NCBI GenBank assembly: GCA_019358935.1
Contig: JAHHIK010000076.1
Coordinates: forward strand, 1 to 40,739
Direction: 5' to 3'
DNA from: Tolypothrix carrinoi HA7290-LM1
GTDB lineage: Bacteria; Cyanobacteriota; Cyanobacteriia; Cyanobacteriales; Nostocaceae
Length of the DNA: 40,739 nucleotides
Each line of letters opens with the position of its first letter. Positions within the stretch are counted from its first letter, which is position 1. Below the pieces are notes generated by a model. It was not told the origin of the DNA. It saw nothing but the letters and a program-made list of their open reading frames with translations, and made no database searches. The translations under genes and the position numbers were made by a program. Positions 19,206 to 28,455 of this stretch are shown in pieces.

Positions 19206-20656
19206 TTGAGGCGATCGCTTGAAGAAAGCAATGCCGCATCATAAATTGACAGCATCTGACTTGCTACTGTCTCCATTGTTTGGGGAGGCTGGATGCCGGC
19301 ACTAAGTCGCGTCAGCAAATCTTTGTTTTGGCACAGTCGTTGCAGGGCTTGACTCCAAGCGGCAACGGAAGCAGGTTCTACTAGAATGCCGTTAACTTCC
19401 GATTGAACCAGTTCAGCAATACCGCCTAAATTAGAACCTATTACCGGAATTCCTGCTGCAAAGGCTTCCAGAACCACCATTGGTCCAGTTTCCAACCACT
19501 GGGACGGAACCGCTAACAAATCATAATCTGCCAGGGTTGCTGTTACTTGTTCAGCGGGAACGGCAGGTTTGAAATCGATGCGCGGGTCGTTTGCTGCCAT
19601 CTGCAATTCTTGCTGGTAGGTAGCATTGCCTGCACTCTGGGAAATGCCATAAATGTCTAATTTAATTGGTAAGTCAGGCACCCCAAGCATTGCTGCAATT
19701 AAAATATGGATTCCTTTAGTGGGGTCAAGCCGACCCAAAAAAGCAATTTTTAAAGTTGGTTGTACACCGCTTTGCTGTCTAGAGATAATTTTTTCTGGTA
19801 GGTCGCAATACAATTGTGTTAAGCCTTTTTTCTCTCCCCCTGCTTCCCCTGCTTCCCCTGCTTCCCCTGCCTGCCTTAACGGATAAATTTCCTTAACTGA
19901 ACTATATTGTGGTAGGTTGTGACAAAGCCCTTGACGAATAACAGTTATTTTCTCAGACGGAACGTGGTTAACTAGCAGAACATCTTTGACCCAGTTACAT
20001 ACTGCCACAATGCGGTCAACTTCAGACAGCAGATTATCTATGGCAGCGTGGCGAAATTTCATTAATTCCGTCATTCGCAAAGCTGTCCAGACTCCCCCCT
20101 GTAAGTTAAAGCTGCCTAACCAGTAGCCTACTTGGGGTGGCAGACTACCGATCGCGATCGCAGCAGTTTTAGGCAGTCCCAACCCTTGTAATGTACACTG
20201 GGCGCAAGTGTGTAAATTCAGTTTGCCATCGCAGATTTGAGTACCCCAATGCATCAAGGTTCCTCGCTGGCAAGTCACTGTGGGAGTATGGTAGGTAAAC
20301 ACAACGGGAATTTGCCGCGCTTTGGCAGCTTGCACTAACCGCAGAGAAACACCACTGGTAAAAGCATGGAGATGTACCAAATCAGGCTGTTCTGCCTCTA
20401 GAATGCGGTTGAACTCTAAGGCTGCTTGTAAGTCTCCTTCTCCATAAATTTCTCGGATATTTTCGACTTTGTTCGAGACTGCAAAACGGTATACAGGTAA
20501 GTTGTGATAGAAGTAGGATTGACTAACTGCTGCTGGGGCTGCAACTATAACTGAAACTCCTTGTTGTTGCAAGTAGCCAGATAACGCTGCAACATAAACT
20601 TCAGTACCACCTACAGGGTCAGGATAAAAACAAAAGGGGACTTGAATGACTTTCAC
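19160..20656 (-). CDS. Glycosyltransferase family 4 with an in-frame mini-element insertion and a repeat-derived C-terminus
   Basis: GGTEVY, FLGRLDPTKG, PSQWLETGPMVVLEAFAAG; GTG start. Confidence 0.92.
   Translation of the reverse strand: MKVIQVPFCFYPDPVGGTEVYVAALSGYLQQQGVSVIVAAPAAVSQSYFYHNLPVYRFAVSNKVENIREIYGEGDLQAALEFNRILEAEQPDLVHLHAFTSGVSLRLVQAAKARQIPVVFTYHTPTVTCQRGTLMHWGTQICDGKLNLHTCAQCTLQGLGLPKTAAIAIGSLPPQVGYWLGSFNLQGGVWTALRMTELMKFRHAAIDNLLSEVDRIVAVCNWVKDVLLVNHVPSEKITVIRQGLCHNLPQYSSVKEIYPLRQAGEAGEAGEAGGEKKGLTQLYCDLPEKIISRQQSGVQPTLKIAFLGRLDPTKGIHILIAAMLGVPDLPIKLDIYGISQSAGNATYQQELQMAANDPRIDFKPAVPAEQVTATLADYDLLAVPSQWLETGPMVVLEAFAAGIPVIGSNLGGIAELVQSEVNGILVEPASVAAWSQALQRLCQNKDLLTRLSAGIQPPQTMETVASQMLSIYDAALLSSSDRLKGCGVWGVGCGEPTL
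19806..19909. mobile_element. 104-bp MITE-like element inserted in frame in a GT4 gene
   Basis: Imperfect terminal inverted repeats CAATACAATTGTGTTAAG / CTTAACTGAACTATATTG (14/18); flanking 10-bp direct repeat TGGTAGGTCG/TGGTAGGTTG; internal 9-bp repeats (CCCCTGCTT). Confidence 0.85.
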
Positions 20657-20657
20657 A

Positions 20658-21635
20658 TCAGTGAGTTAATTGCCGAACAAAGTATTTGAGCCGACGAAAG
20701 TTGAGAGCGATCGCCTCTGCGTGTTCATATCCAAACCATTTTGCCAGAATTCGCAAACTTTTTGGACCATCAGGAAGATAATTGGGATTTAGATTGCGAA
20801 TTCTGGCAAGTACTTCATAGAATTTTAGGCGGTTATGCTCAAAGTAAAATCGGGCTATTCGCCCGTAAACTTTTTCTAGTGCGACGCGACGCTGTGGAGT
20901 TATACTGCCATTAGCTTTCCATATCTCTTCTACTTGGCAAGCATTATCAAAGCAATCTTTAACAAAGCGATCGGGCTGACGGCGCGATAAACTAGTAGCG
21001 GTTTTGTGAACTCGATAATCTGCTTGTACACCAGGTACATAAACAAACTTACCCCCTACCAAAGCTGCATCTAAGAGAAAGCGAGCATCCTGAATAATCG
21101 GCAGAGATTCATTCCAAGATCCAATCGCCTCGACAATCCGACGGTGGTAAAGTAAGGCAGCAGGTGGGGACCAAAAGTCTGTAAATATGGCAATTTGCGG
21201 ATCGTCATGTACATCTTCAATTTGCCTAGCTACAACGTTTCCTAAATTAAACTTACCATCTTCCCCTTCTTCTAGTTTTTGCCAATCGGAATAAGCTACA
21301 TCTGCACCGCTATTAACAAGAGCATTTACCCGTTTTTCTAATGCGTCTACCCGCAATAAATCATCTGCATCTAAATATTGAATAAATCTACCTTGAGCAA
21401 GCTGTGTACCTCGATTGCGTGCAGCACTTGCACCTTGATTGAAGGTAAATTCAGCTTTCACTCTTGAACCAAAGGCACGAATCAAACTGGCAGTATCGTC
21501 AGTTGAACCGTCATCTATTATAATAATTTCCCAGTCTTTTAGTGTTTGCTTAAAGACACTTTCTAGTGTTTCTTCTAAAAAGCGTGCTGCGTTATAGCAG
21601 GGAATAATTATTGATACTAAGGGCATTTTAATCAT
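20658..21635 (-). CDS. Glycosyltransferase family 2
   Basis: VSIIIPCYN, IDDGSTDDT, ARNRG, YLDADD. Confidence 0.93.
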   Translation of the reverse strand: MIKMPLVSIIIPCYNAARFLEETLESVFKQTLKDWEIIIIDDGSTDDTASLIRAFGSRVKAEFTFNQGASAARNRGTQLAQGRFIQYLDADDLLRVDALEKRVNALVNSGADVAYSDWQKLEEGEDGKFNLGNVVARQIEDVHDDPQIAIFTDFWSPPAALLYHRRIVEAIGSWNESLPIIQDARFLLDAALVGGKFVYVPGVQADYRVHKTATSLSRRQPDRFVKDCFDNACQVEEIWKANGSITPQRRVALEKVYGRIARFYFEHNRLKFYEVLARIRNLNPNYLPDGPKSLRILAKWFGYEHAEAIALNFRRLKYFVRQLTH

Positions 21636-21672
21636 TCAAATTTTATTCATGCAATAATTATTTTATGATTCT

Positions 21673-21768
21673 CAGGAATGAGCGCAAAGTTATGGAGAAA
21701 CGAACCGCAGAGGACGCAGAGTTCACAGAGAATTATAGAGTTTGGGAGAGTTTTTGCGCTCATTCCTG
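21673..21768. mobile_element. 96-bp MITE-like element, copy 2 (inverted relative to copy 1)
   Basis: Terminal inverted repeats CAGGAATGAGCGCAAA..TTTGCGCTCATTCCTG; 5-bp direct repeat ATTCT at 21668-21672 and 21769-21773. Confidence 0.9.
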
Positions 21769-21808
21769 ATTCTGGTAAACGAATTGTATGCAATTATTAC
21801 TTGTGTAA

Positions 21809-22738
21809 TTAACTTTTAGAGCAATTTTCCCAATCGGCGATTTTTTCTTGAGCTAGCCTGAAGCCTTTTTGCGAAGCTTCATAAAAGCGACATCTTCTAG
21901 AACCATATCGCAAGCGTAGATATAACAGATATGTCTTTGATGCTCTCCAAGCTGGCTGAAATCGCCGTTTACCTCGGAGATAGTCCAGGATAGTTCCTGA
22001 ATAACTAAATCCTTCTGCCAGACGCAGAAAATAATCTTCTTCCAGACGACTAGCTCGAATCAAATGAGTCAGCTTTAAAGATGTAAACAGTCCTGTGCCT
22101 AAGCCTATATCGCAAGCCGTAAGTGCTAAATCTGTGTCACCATCAGAGGTCAACAGTTTACCTTTGCGATCCATATCTGCACGTCTGGGGTCTGTACGAA
22201 TTAATTCAGCATATTTTTCGGCAACTATCTTACGAACACAAAGTCCTGCTCCGCAAGGAGTTGTTTCACGGTAATGTATTAAGTTTGACCAAATGTCTTG
22301 TTCAAATTTTGTAATTGCTAAAGCTGTTAGGTGAGGCTTTGTCCATTCTGGAGGTGGTATTTCAAATTCAGGTATAATCTTTCCACCCCAAGCACCAATC
22401 ATTGAGCAATCTTTGCTGATTTTGAAAGCGGCTTCTAAATAATCTGAGTCTAAAACATTATCATCATCAACAAAGACTAAAATTTCACCTGCGGCTTCTT
22501 TAACACCTCGTAATCTCGCAGGAGTTAGACCTAACTTTTCTTCTCGAATGTGACGAGCATTTAGATGCCAGCTTAAGTCAATTTCTGAAGACAGCAATTG
22601 TTGGCTTTTGTTATCAATTAGCAAAAATTCCCATTGCTCTAGTGGCAAGGTTTGAGATTTTAATGCTGATAAAACTTTCTCAAAATAATCACGCCGGGGG
22701 TTATGCGTGCAAGTGATAACGCTAATTGGTGCTTTCAT
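21809..22738 (-). CDS. Glycosyltransferase family 2
   Basis: ISVITCTHN, LIDNKS, VFVDDDN, GDTDL. Confidence 0.92.
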   Translation of the reverse strand: MKAPISVITCTHNPRRDYFEKVLSALKSQTLPLEQWEFLLIDNKSQQLLSSEIDLSWHLNARHIREEKLGLTPARLRGVKEAAGEILVFVDDDNVLDSDYLEAAFKISKDCSMIGAWGGKIIPEFEIPPPEWTKPHLTALAITKFEQDIWSNLIHYRETTPCGAGLCVRKIVAEKYAELIRTDPRRADMDRKGKLLTSDGDTDLALTACDIGLGTGLFTSLKLTHLIRASRLEEDYFLRLAEGFSYSGTILDYLRGKRRFQPAWRASKTYLLYLRLRYGSRRCRFYEASQKGFRLAQEKIADWENCSKS

Positions 22739-22832
22739 AAAATAATTTTTTAAACAGAAAATAACTTTTTTCTTTTGAGTTGTTTATTCGGTAAATAGCG
22801 CTTTTTAAGTTTATATATTCGGGAATATTTAT

Positions 22833-23837
22833 CTAAAAGTTAGGTATTTTATCCCTAATTTTTCGGTAATAGAATTTTGTGCTTAACTTTAATGCCGATA
22901 AAATAACCTTCAATGACGATTGGCAAAGTAAAGCTTCCCTAATTTGGTTTTTAGCACCATAAGTGTCTCCTTTTTCAGCTAATTGCCTTGCATAACCAAG
23001 GGCAAAAAGCGCATAGTGTGTTAATGTTTTTTGAGTAAGTTGTTTGGCACGCTCTTTTGGCAAATATTCTCGTACCATCTCAATTGCTTTACGGATGTCT
23101 TGAATATTCTGACCAGTACGCACGGAATTTCCACTTAATGAAGTCGATCTTGTGCGGTACAAAGCCAGTGGCTCAACTTCATACCATACTGGATAGTTTG
23201 CTGCAATACGAACCCACATTTCCCAATCTTCACCCCAGCAGGAAAAGCGACGGTCAAACCCTCCAAGCTGCTCGTATACTTCACGCCGTACTACAATAGA
23301 TGGTGTTTGAATACGCTGCCTAGTGACAATTTGCTCTAGCCAATTGCTCAAAATACCACTTTCAAGCTGTTCTAGGTCGGAAATATAAGACCAATGTCCT
23401 TGTTCGTCCATAAACATATGGCGACAAAAAGCAGCTCCGATTGAGGGGTTCTGGTCAAAACCACGTTGTAATTGGCGATAAAAGCCATCTCTAACGCAAT
23501 CATCACCGTGCAGTAAATGAATTAATTTTCCACGAGAACGCTGCAAGCAAGTTTCAAAATTTCTGATGTGACCGACATTCTTTGGTTGTTGATAAAATCC
23601 AACGCGATCGCCACCCAATTCTTCAACTACCGCAGCAGGATCGTCTTGGGTCGAGCGATCGTCAACCACCTCGATTTGCATCATGTCCGATCCCGGATCT
23701 TGTGCCAATACACTCAAGAGCGTCTCCCGCAGATAATTCGCACAATTATACGTAGGAATCATCACAGACCAAATCGGGCGCTGTGTATTATCTGATACTG
23801 GCAGTATCGTCCCCCGATAAGGATGTAAATCGCTCAT
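22833..23837 (-). CDS. Glycosyltransferase family 2 (tandem paralog of 23834-24853)
   Basis: WSVMIPTYN, VVDDRS, LHGDD, EDWEMWVRIA. Confidence 0.93.
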   Translation of the reverse strand: MSDLHPYRGTILPVSDNTQRPIWSVMIPTYNCANYLRETLLSVLAQDPGSDMMQIEVVDDRSTQDDPAAVVEELGGDRVGFYQQPKNVGHIRNFETCLQRSRGKLIHLLHGDDCVRDGFYRQLQRGFDQNPSIGAAFCRHMFMDEQGHWSYISDLEQLESGILSNWLEQIVTRQRIQTPSIVVRREVYEQLGGFDRRFSCWGEDWEMWVRIAANYPVWYEVEPLALYRTRSTSLSGNSVRTGQNIQDIRKAIEMVREYLPKERAKQLTQKTLTHYALFALGYARQLAEKGDTYGAKNQIREALLCQSSLKVILSALKLSTKFYYRKIRDKIPNF

Positions 23838-24853
23838 ACTAAAGATTGCGCTGCTGTTCGTAATATTCGCTTGATTTGGATGATGCCTAGCGATCGCACA
23901 AAGCGAATCAATTGCCTGATTACTTTCATGGACTTGCTACATTTGAGTGCTTCTTGCACCTGAATTAAAGCAGCATTTATATCTCCTAAATCCAGCATTT
24001 GAGGTGCATAGCAATTCACGGCATAAACTGCCCAATCTTCTCTACATTGACTTAATAATTCATCAGCCTCTGTCGGAGGTAAGTAATATTTAAGTATCTC
24101 TATACACCTACAAACATCTCGAATGTTCTCACCAGTACGAATATAACGTCCAGTATTGGAAGCAGAGTGCGTGCGATACAATGCTAGCGGCTCAACTTCG
24201 TACCATACTGAATAGTGTGCCGCAATTCTTACCCACATTTCCCAATCCTCAACCCAGGATAGGCGATTGTCAAACCCTCCTAGCTTTTCATACACCTCAC
24301 GTCGTACTACAATTGATGGTGTTTGAATTCGCTGTTTGACAGCAATTTTTTCTAACCAATTATTCAAAATACCACTTTCAGTTTGCTCCAACGCAGAAAT
24401 ATGTTGCCAATGGCTATGCTCGTCCATGTAAATATAGCGGCAAAAAGCAGCACCAATATCAGGGTTCTGCTCGAAAGCTCGCTGCATTTTTCGATAAAAG
24501 CCATCTCTAACACAATCATCACCATGTAGCTGATGAATCAATTTTCCGCGAGCGCGTTTTAAGCAAGTTTCAAAATTTCTTGTATGACCTACGTTCTCTG
24601 ATTGCCGATAAAATCCAACACGTCCCCGACCGAGTTCTTCAACAACTGCTTGGGGATCGTCTTTGGTAGAACAATCATCAATCACCTCAATTTGCATCAC
24701 TTCAGCACCAGGATCTTGAGCTAACACACTCTTCAAGGTTTCGCGCAAATACTTTGCACAATTATACGTAGGAATCATTACAGACCAAAGAGGACTTGGT
24801 GTTCCTTCTGGAACTGGTGGAATTGTTGCCCGATAAGGATGTTGTTCGCTCAT
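23834..24853 (-). CDS. Glycosyltransferase family 2 (tandem paralog of 22833-23837)
   Basis: WSVMIPTYN, VIDDCS, LHGDD, EDWEMWVRIA; ATGA overlap with the next gene. Confidence 0.93.
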   Translation of the reverse strand: MSEQHPYRATIPPVPEGTPSPLWSVMIPTYNCAKYLRETLKSVLAQDPGAEVMQIEVIDDCSTKDDPQAVVEELGRGRVGFYRQSENVGHTRNFETCLKRARGKLIHQLHGDDCVRDGFYRKMQRAFEQNPDIGAAFCRYIYMDEHSHWQHISALEQTESGILNNWLEKIAVKQRIQTPSIVVRREVYEKLGGFDNRLSWVEDWEMWVRIAAHYSVWYEVEPLALYRTHSASNTGRYIRTGENIRDVCRCIEILKYYLPPTEADELLSQCREDWAVYAVNCYAPQMLDLGDINAALIQVQEALKCSKSMKVIRQLIRFVRSLGIIQIKRILRTAAQSLV

Positions 24854-24875
24854 TGGAATTAGCGTATCAAGCTTG

Positions 24876-26168
24876 CTAAGAAGAGAAAAAAGATATCTCA
24901 GTAGACCACTGAGCCTTAGTTAAAATTTTGCAGTGATTGGGAAGACCAGGATTACCTGTACCAAAAAAATCACCTCCCTCTACAGTTACAGATGCTGCAT
25001 CTTCAATCCAATCAAGTAATTCTTGATCTGCATGTGATAAATATATCGACACTCGGTATAAGCTGTTAACTAAAGGTAAGTTGTTGATTCCGCAAATAAT
25101 ATATCCTTTTTCCGCGTCTATAGTTAGATTACTATTTGTAAAGTTAGTTCTTAGTAAGAGAACTCGAATACCTTTGTCATCAAAGAAATCAAGGCTGACT
25201 ACAACATTATTGATACGTTCTTTTGTATAATTTAAATAACCTATTTCCAAGTAATAATTTTTACCTGATTGTAAGGTATTTTCTTCTGTACCTTCCTGAT
25301 TTAACACTCTAAAACTAGCAGATTTTACTTTTCCAGAGCCGCTACGATCTTTTCTTTCAATTAAAGGCAATTGAGCAACGTTATAAGACTTATCCAGATA
25401 AATTCTGATAGCTTCTTCGGCATCACTATCTACGTACAAAGTGCCAGACTCTAACAAAATACCGCGACTGCATAAGTAGCTCACCGTACTCATGTTGTGA
25501 CTGACAAACAAAACTGTACGTCCTTCTCTACCAACCTCTTCCATTTTCCCCAGGCACTTTTGCTGAAAGCGGATATCTCCCACTGCCAGTACTTCATCTA
25601 CAATTAAAATCTCTGGTTCCAGATGGGCAGCGACTGCAAAGGCAAGACGCACGTACATTCCAGACGAATAACGCTTGACTGGTGTATCTAAAAACTTTTC
25701 TACTTCTGCAAAAGCGACAATTTCATCAAACTTCTTGACGATCTCAGCTTTGCTCATGCCCAAAATAGCACCGTTGAGATAAATATTTTCCCGTCCAGTT
25801 AATTCCCCATGAAAACCTGTTCCTACTTCCAACAGACTGGCTACTCGTCCAAAAATGGAAATTCTGCCAGTAGTTGGTTCGGTAATACGGCTCAATATTT
25901 TTAATAAAGTTGATTTGCCTGCACCATTACGACCAATGATACCAACGCGATCGCCTTGCTTGATTTCAAAAGAAATATCTTTGAGTGCCCAAAAATCTTC
26001 AGATGTTGGTGAGATATGTTTATATGTAGAAAAATTTAGTAGTTTGTCACCCAGAGATTTGGCTTTATAAACCAAAGCATCTCTTAAAGTTGAATGTTTC
26101 TCTTGCTGTTGATGACCGATTATATATTTTTTGCTCAGGTTTTCAACCCGAATCACAGTATCTGACAC
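24876..26168 (-). CDS. wzt: Polysaccharide ABC exporter ATP-binding subunit with Wzt C-terminal domain
   Basis: Walker [10 protein letters not shown], signature [11 protein letters not shown], Walker [16 protein letters not shown]; ~180-aa C-terminal extension. Confidence 0.93.
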   Translation of the reverse strand: MSDTVIRVENLSKKYIIGHQQQEKHSTLRDALVYKAKSLGDKLLNFSTYKHISPTSEDFWALKDISFEIKQGDRVGIIGRNGAGKSTLLKILSRITEPTTGRISIFGRVASLLEVGTGFHGELTGRENIYLNGAILGMSKAEIVKKFDEIVAFAEVEKFLDTPVKRYSSGMYVRLAFAVAAHLEPEILIVDEVLAVGDIRFQQKCLGKMEEVGREGRTVLFVSHNMSTVSYLCSRGILLESGTLYVDSDAEEAIRIYLDKSYNVAQLPLIERKDRSGSGKVKSASFRVLNQEGTEENTLQSGKNYYLEIGYLNYTKERINNVVVSLDFFDDKGIRVLLLRTNFTNSNLTIDAEKGYIICGINNLPLVNSLYRVSIYLSHADQELLDWIEDAASVTVEGGDFFGTGNPGLPNHCKILTKAQWSTEISFFSS

Positions 26169-26240
26169 GCTCTCTATCCTTGTCTGAAATTACACTAATG
26201 CTCGGTCTGCTTACCTGTGCATATACTTGTTTAATAATAA

Positions 26241-27299
26241 TTATAAGTTAAGTAGTATTTGAGTAATTTGGGTTGCTGCATCACCATTTCCATAAAGTTT
26301 AGGGCATTCAGATGGTCGCGTGAAGTTTGCAATCGATTCACTTAAATTTTCCGGTTGTACTAATTGATTCCAGCCGATATCTACAGTCTCTTTCCATTCA
26401 GTTTCATTTCGCAGAGTAAAGCAGGGACGCCCAAAAATATAAGCCTCTTTTTGTATACCTCCAGAATCGGTAATTATACAACGGCAGGCACTTTCTAACG
26501 CTAGCATATCAAGATAACTAACTGGTGGTATCGCCACAATTGAGTCAGCAGCCAGATAATGACTCAATTCCATCTTGTCAATTTGAGCTTGGGTTCGAGG
26601 ATGGATCGGAAAAACAACCGGATGATCCAGTTTCGTGAAACTGTCGAGGATATAACTCAGACGCACGCGATCGTCTGTATTGCTGGGTCGGTGAACAGTA
26701 GCAAGGTAAAATTCATTCAGGCTCAACTGATGTCTTGCGAGAATATCAGATGTTTGTTTCGCTTTAGCCTGATACTGCAAAATAGCATCCATCATTACGT
26801 CTCCAACTAAGTGGACTCCTTGAGAAATCCCCTCGTTTTCAAGACATTGAACTGCCAGATTTGTCGGAGCAAAAAGAAGTTGTGCAAGATGATCGGTTAC
26901 AACCCGATTAACTTCTTCAGGCATTTGCCGATTAAAGCTTCGCAGTCCAGCTTCTATATGTGCTATTGGTATATGCAGCTTGGCAGCAACCAAAGCACCT
27001 GCTAATGTTGAATTCGTATCTCCGTAAACGCACATCCAATCAGGTTTATCATCAAGCAATTCCTCTATTTTCTCCATCATTCTACCTGTCATTGCTGAAT
27101 GATTCAGGCTATGAATATTTAAGTGATATTGGGGCTGAGGCAAGTTTAAATCTTGAAAAAATATATCGGACATTAATGAATCAAAGTGCTGCCCTGTATG
27201 AATAATAATTTCGTTTATTCCAGCACGTTGAAAAGCAGAACTGACTACAGATGCTTTAATAAATTGTGGTCTGGCACCCAATATAGTAACGATTTTCAT
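26241..27299 (-). CDS. wecB: Non-hydrolysing UDP-N-acetylglucosamine 2-epimerase (WecB/WbpI family)
   Basis: GARPQFIK, HTGQH, YGDTNST, HIEAGLRS, PEEVNR, TDSGGIQKEA, RNETEW. Confidence 0.92.
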   Translation of the reverse strand: MKIVTILGARPQFIKASVVSSAFQRAGINEIIIHTGQHFDSLMSDIFFQDLNLPQPQYHLNIHSLNHSAMTGRMMEKIEELLDDKPDWMCVYGDTNSTLAGALVAAKLHIPIAHIEAGLRSFNRQMPEEVNRVVTDHLAQLLFAPTNLAVQCLENEGISQGVHLVGDVMMDAILQYQAKAKQTSDILARHQLSLNEFYLATVHRPSNTDDRVRLSYILDSFTKLDHPVVFPIHPRTQAQIDKMELSHYLAADSIVAIPPVSYLDMLALESACRCIITDSGGIQKEAYIFGRPCFTLRNETEWKETVDIGWNQLVQPENLSESIANFTRPSECPKLYGNGDAATQITQILLNL

Positions 27300-28093
27300 A
27301 AGTCCTTTTTAGTATACTTGTAATATTGCATTTTGATTTTTTTCTGTTGAAACGTTTGCCGGACGATCAGCTTACTAATATACTTTAAGTGATTCAAAAT
27401 AACTCTAGCTACACGTAACTTCGACTGCCCAAAAATCCGACTGCTTAATTCGGCTGGATACTCCACAACCTTATATCCACGCAACATCGCTTCAGCTAAA
27501 ATCTCTACAAGACCGAGAAAGCCTGGATAAGTAATTGGTACTGTCTCTAGAACTTCACGACGATATGCTCTAAACATAGCTGTATAGGTATAAAGCTTTT
27601 GTGGCAATACAAGTCTGTAAAGCAGTGATAACCCTTTACTCAGAAATAGACGCCAACCCGGAACATTTTTTACGCGACCTTTGGGATGATATGGAGATGC
27701 CGTGACAATATCAACATTAGCACGCATCAAATCTAGAACCGAAATCAACTGTTGGGGATCGTAAGTGCAATCACTATCGATTGTGCAAACAATATCATTT
27801 ATAGAGTATACTAATCCTGTTTGTATGGCTGCCGAGAGACCTTTGTTTTTCGGATGGCGGATTATTTGGGCAATTTGTCCAAAATATTGCTCTAACTTGA
27901 AAAAAGTATCGTCTGTACTACCATCGTCAACTAAAATAAGTTCGACTGACCTAGTTAAGCGCAGTTTTATCAATACTGGCATTAGTTTTTTCTTTAAAGA
28001 CTCAATTCCTTCAGACTCATTAAAGCAGGGAACTATAATGCTTATCGATTGTCTATTTTCTGTTATTTCCAACTCTAAAGGTTGTAAATGCAT
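27296..28093 (-). CDS. GT2, polyprenol-phosphate glycosyltransferase (DPM synthase/ArnC-like); start reassigned to the ATG at 28093
   Basis: IVPCFNE, VDDGSTDDT, IDSDCTY, FRAYRR, R..GQSK; AGGAGG ribosome-binding site 7 nt upstream of the ATG. Confidence 0.88.
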   Translation of the reverse strand: MHLQPLELEITENRQSISIIVPCFNESEGIESLKKKLMPVLIKLRLTRSVELILVDDGSTDDTFFKLEQYFGQIAQIIRHPKNKGLSAAIQTGLVYSINDIVCTIDSDCTYDPQQLISVLDLMRANVDIVTASPYHPKGRVKNVPGWRLFLSKGLSLLYRLVLPQKLYTYTAMFRAYRREVLETVPITYPGFLGLVEILAEAMLRGYKVVEYPAELSSRIFGQSKLRVARVILNHLKYISKLIVRQTFQQKKIKMQYYKYTKKDL

Positions 28094-28209
28094 ATTTTTG
28101 CCTCCTAATAGCAAGTTGTGGTATATAGCGAACGTTCCGAAGAATATTTAATTTTTTCACCCAACTGAGAACTGTATAGTTTATATCTGGTTGATTACCC
28201 ACAGTCGCT

Positions 28210-28240
28210 AAAAACCCCTCTGCCAAGAGACAAAGGGGTT
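28210..28240 (-). terminator. Putative rho-independent terminator downstream of the 28453-29436 gene
   Basis: Minus strand reads AACCCCTTTGTC-TCTT-GGCAGAGGGGTT-TTT: a 12-bp stem with 2 G-U pairs running into a U tract. Confidence 0.65.
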
Positions 28241-28311
28241 AAGGATAAATGCTTGTATGATTAGGCTGTTTTGATTATGTTGCCGAACATTTGAGTATCT
28301 TTGATTTACCT

Positions 28312-28455
28312 AAAGTAGATGGGTATAAATAAACGCGCTTCTTAGTAGTAAGGGCTACCCTACGGGAAAGCTCCGCTAACAGCCCTTTAATGTGAAAATA
28401 TGAGCGGTAAACCGCTCACTACGATATTTTACGTTTAATTTCGCCCACTTACTTA
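28312..28455. mobile_element. Composite MITE-like element with internal hairpins and a nested 21-nt insert
   Basis: Imperfect terminal inverted repeats AAAGTAGATGGGTATAAATAAACG / CGTTTAATTTCGCCCACTTACTTA (17/24); hairpin TGAGCGGT-AA-ACCGCTCA at 28401-28418; inverted relative at 38309-38524. Confidence 0.72.

Noticed and set aside
19021..19209. 62-aa plus-strand ORF
   Set aside because: It simply spans the composite repeat; low-complexity ends, no ribosome-binding site, antisense to the operon
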